Source: Octopus sinensis
Taxonomy: Eukaryota
Reading direction: 5' to 3'
Assembly: GCF_006345805.1 (NCBI RefSeq)
Contig: NW_021836577.1
Coordinates: 1 to 24,171, forward strand
Length of the DNA: 24,171 nucleotides
A program made the translations under genes and the position numbers. The notes beneath the pieces are model-generated. The model saw only the letters and a list, made by a program, of their open reading frames with translations, did not search any database and had not been told where the DNA came from. Positions within the stretch are counted from its first letter, which is position 1; each line of letters opens with the position of its first letter. Shown piece by piece: positions 20,492 through 24,171 of this stretch.

Positions 20492-20528
<37 letters not shown>

Positions 20529-20639
20529 AAGTATATATATTTACATATATGTTTATGCATATGTGTATGTGTGTGTGTGTGAGTCAATGTATATCTGTAT
20601 GTTTGTGTACGTGCATGCTGTAAGTGGCACACACATATA

Positions 20640-20875
20640 TGAGCTTCTTCGTGGTTACTTGACCTGCTAGAAATAGCAATTAAATCTGCATACTATCTTA
20701 AGAAGTAAACTAACAATGTATATAAATAAATGTGGGACACAGTGGATAATATACTCCTAGGAGCATAATCTTAAAAAAAAAAATAAAACAAAAACACTGG
20801 ATGGTCACATCATAATGCTTTTTGATCAAGTAATCTGGTTGTTTTGAGCTGACCTGGGGCTAAATAACAACAGCA
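20640..20875 (+). repeat. Interspersed repeat (probable SINE 3' portion) with related pieces at ~17230-17290 and ~18700-18765
   Basis: gtggttacttgacctgctagaaatagcaattaaatct resembles gtggtcacataagccgcaaaaaataacagctaaatct; tttgatca...gctgacc resembles tttgacca...actgacc; ends in an (AAC)-like tail. Confidence 0.5.
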
Positions 20876-20959
20876 CAGACATCTATAATTACAATGCGTC
20901 AGCCTTTTCATGCTGGACACAAAAGAAGGAGAGGAGGGTCATGAAGAGGAAGCAAAAAA

Positions 20960-21026
20960 TCATCACCACCACCATCATCGTCGTCGTCGTCGTCATCATC
21001 ATCATCATCATCATCACCATCATCAC

Positions 21027-21070
<44 letters not shown>

Positions 21071-21179
21071 CCATCATCACCATCATCATCATCATCATCA
21101 TCATCACCATCATCACCATCATCATCACCATCATCATCATCATCATCATCATCACCACCACCATCATCGTCGTCGTCGC

Positions 21180-21211
<32 letters not shown>

Positions 21212-21218
21212 CCACCAC

Positions 21219-21250
<32 letters not shown>
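20960..21250. repeat. (CAT)n/(CAC)n trinucleotide microsatellite
   Basis: Direct inspection. Confidence 0.97.
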
Positions 21251-21251
<1 letters not shown>

Positions 21252-21444
21252 GTTGTTGTTGTTTTGTTGTCTCTGTAACCTGTCTTAAGCCCTAGTAACC
21301 TGACAACCTGCCTGATCATTAACCTGTGTTTTTTTTGCATCATGGAAGGGCTGAAGTGTAAGAAAGATAAAAAAAAAGGGGGCCCAAATTGGATGTGGAA
21401 TACAAAAAAAGAAGTGGGTGTATGATGTAAAAAAAAGTACAAAC

Positions 21445-22240
21445 GGAGATATATATATGTGCATATGTGTATATATATATATATATTTATATGTATATGT
21501 GTTCTTATATGTGTGTACATTCATGTCTGCTTTTGGCTTTACTGTATATATAATTGTGTGTGTATGTATGTATGTATGTATGTATGTATGTATGTATGTA
21601 TGTGTGTGTGTGTATGTATGTGTGTATGTGTGTATGTGTGCATATATGTGTATGTATGTATGTATGTGTGTATGTATGTATGTATGTTTGTATGTGTGTA
21701 TGCATGTTTGTATATGTGTATGTATATATGTGTGTATGTATGTTTGTATGTATGTGTGTATGTATGTATGTATGTGTGTGTATGTATGTATGTGTGTATG
21801 TGCGTATGCATGTTTGTATATGTGTATGTATGTATGTATGTATGTATATATGTGTGTATGTATGTGTGTATGTGTGTTTGCATGTTTGTATATGTGTATG
21901 TATGTATGTGTATATGTATGTCTGTCTGTATGTATGTGTGTATGTATGTATGTGAGTGTGTATGTATATGTATGTGTGTATGTATGCAGGCATGTGTGTA
22001 TGTAAGTATGTGTGCATGTGTGTATGTATGTGTGTATGTGTGTAAGTATGTATGTATATGTGTGTATGTGTGTATGTATGTGTATGTATGTATGTGTATG
22101 TATGTGTGTATGTATGTATGTATATAAATGTGTGTAAGTATGTGTGTACGTGTGGTGTGGTGTGTGTGTGTGTGGTGTGCACATATTGTATGTGTATGTT
22201 GATGCTGTTGATGTCTGTGTGTGTGTGTGTGTGTGTGTTA
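21445..22240. repeat. Degenerate (TATG)/(TG) microsatellite field
   Basis: Direct inspection. Confidence 0.97.
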
Positions 22241-22464
22241 ATCATTTGGTGTTTCATTTTGGAATGGTTATTTGTGGGCTGGAAGAGAATCCTCTGGAGA
22301 ATGGGGTATGGAGCAAGACGGTGCCAGAGGTGAGAAGATGGTGAGATGTTAAGGTGCCAGTACAGATGTCAGAGATGGCTACTGTGTGTGTGTGTGTGTG
22401 TGTGGTGAGTGGGCTGGATAGGATGACAATAGCTACATAAAAAATATGATAGAAAGAATGGAGA

Positions 22465-23061
22465 AAGTGGTGGTCGCCATCATGACAATCGTGGTCATGG
22501 TGGTGGTGGCGATGGTTGTAGCGGTTATTGTTGTGATCATCATCATCATCATCATTGTGACAGTGTTCATTGTGGTGATGGTGATGGTGGTGGTGGTGGT
22601 GGTCCAGGTGGTAGTGGCGATGATGGTGGTGGTGGTGATGGTACTTGTGGTGGTACTGGTGGTGGAGGTAGCGGTGGTCGCTGTCATCATCATCATCATT
22701 GTGACAGTGGTGATGGTGGTGGTGGTGGTGGTTGTGATTGTGGTTGTGATGGTAGTGGTGGTGGTGGTGGTGGTGGTCATTGTCATCATCCTCATTGTGA
22801 CAGTAGTGGTAGTGGTGGGGGTGTTGTGATGGTGGTGAGAACAGATGTGACGGTGATGGTGGTGGTGGTGGCGATGGTGAAGATGGTGGTGGTGGTGGTT
22901 GCGGCGGTGGTGGTGGTGGTGGTAGTGGTGGTGGGCAGTCGTGTATTGTATGATGTAACATCTTGGAGGAAGAAGACATCTCGTGACACAAGGAATCACC
23001 ATAAGAAATGTATCCTTTAAGAAAGAACATCACAATGAGAAAAAAGGTGAAGGACAATAAA

Positions 23062-23093
<32 letters not shown>

Positions 23094-23135
23094 TAATAAT
23101 AATAACAACAACAACAACAACAACAACAACAAAAG
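22465..23135. repeat. Degenerate (GGT)/(GAT) tract followed by (AAT)n(AAC)n
   Basis: Direct inspection. Confidence 0.93.
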
Positions 23136-23374
23136 CACCAATGACGATGAGGAAAACAACAAGAATGGTAAAAGTAGAGCTGATTATCAAAGCATGGTGA
23201 GACAAAAAAACAATGGTTTTGGAAGAAAGTTTAGCCAGGAAACTGTTTGGAAACAATTGTTTTGTGAAATAATAGGAGAGAAGAGAAGAGAAGAGATGAA
23301 AGGAAGAGATGAGATGCGATGAGATGATGGGGAAATGATGAAAGACTGAGGTATACTCATCTATACATGTGGAT

Positions 23375-24171
23375 GAATATATGTATGTATGTGTGTATGT
23401 GTGTATGTGTATGTATGTGTTATGTTATGTATGTATGTGTATGTATGTGTGTATGTATGTATGTATGTGTGTCTGTGTATGTATGTGTCTATGTGTGTAT
23501 GTGTATGTATGTGTCTATGTGTGTATGTATGGGTATGTATGTGTGTGTATGTGTGCATGTATGTATGTGTATGTTATGTTATGTATGTATGTGTATGTGT
23601 GTATGTATGTATGTGTGTGTATGTGTGCATGTATGTATGTATGTGTGTGTATGTGTGTATGTATGTATGTATGTGTGTGTATGTGTGCATGTATGTATGT
23701 ATGTGTGTGTATGTGTGCATGTATGTATGTATGTGTGTGTATGTGTGTATGTATGTATGTATGTGTGTGTATGTGTGCATGTATGTATGTATGTGTGTGT
23801 ATGTGTGTATGTATGTATGTATGTGTGTGTATGTGTGCATGTATGTATGTATGTATGTGTATGTGTGCATGTATGTATGTATGTGTGTGTATGTATGTGT
23901 ATGTGTGTATGCATGTATGTGTGTATGTGTGTATGTATGTGTATGTGTATGTATGTGTATGTGCGCATGTATGTATGTATGTGTGTGTATGTGTGCATGT
24001 ATGTATGTATGTGTATGTATGTGTTCATGTATGTATGTATGTGTGTGTATGTGTGCATGTATGTATGTATGTGTGTGTATGTGTGCATGTATGTATGTAT
24101 GTGTGTGTATGTGTGCATGTATGTATGTATGTATGTGTATGTGTGCATGTATGTATGTATGTGGTGTATGT
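23375..24171. repeat. (TATG)/(TG) field with 30-bp higher-order unit
   Basis: Unit atgtgtgtgtatgtgtgYatgtatgtatgt is repeated ~23610-23850 and again ~23970-24130. Confidence 0.95.

Noticed and set aside
20889-24148. Long ORFs (poly-His, poly-Met, HTY/VCM repeats, 299-302 aa)
   Set aside because: Stop-free translations of microsatellites open in several frames and on both strands; no domain content.

Overview
Repeat-saturated eukaryotic (metazoan) non-coding DNA. The SINE, LINE and microsatellite repertoire most resembles an octopod cephalopod genome (recognised from memory, not from a search). No intact host gene or autonomous transposon is supported, and most ORFs in the track are microsatellite read-throughs. 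The window contains: four tRNA-headed SINE families (labelled A-D here); decayed RTE-clade RT fragments; a decayed maT/DD37D-like Tc1-mariner; two R4/Dong-like LINE 3' ends in (TAA)n; hAT-type MITEs; a Penelope-like terminal remnant with a degenerate hammerhead motif; two minisatellites; and a ~250-bp foldback. The most interesting signal is a set of linked L1/Tx1-clade observations. (i) An element at 7851-10650 (-) keeps a putative 5'UTR, an ORF1-like frame, the ORF2 C-terminus and the 3'UTR but has no endonuclease or RT. (ii) SINE family C ends in a 3' tail matching the Tx1-like 3' ends. (iii) Both SINE-C copies join another SINE-C monomer at the same nucleotide, suggesting a Tx1-mobilised SINE that may target its own family. 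Coordinates were read by eye and fuzzy ends may be off by several bases.
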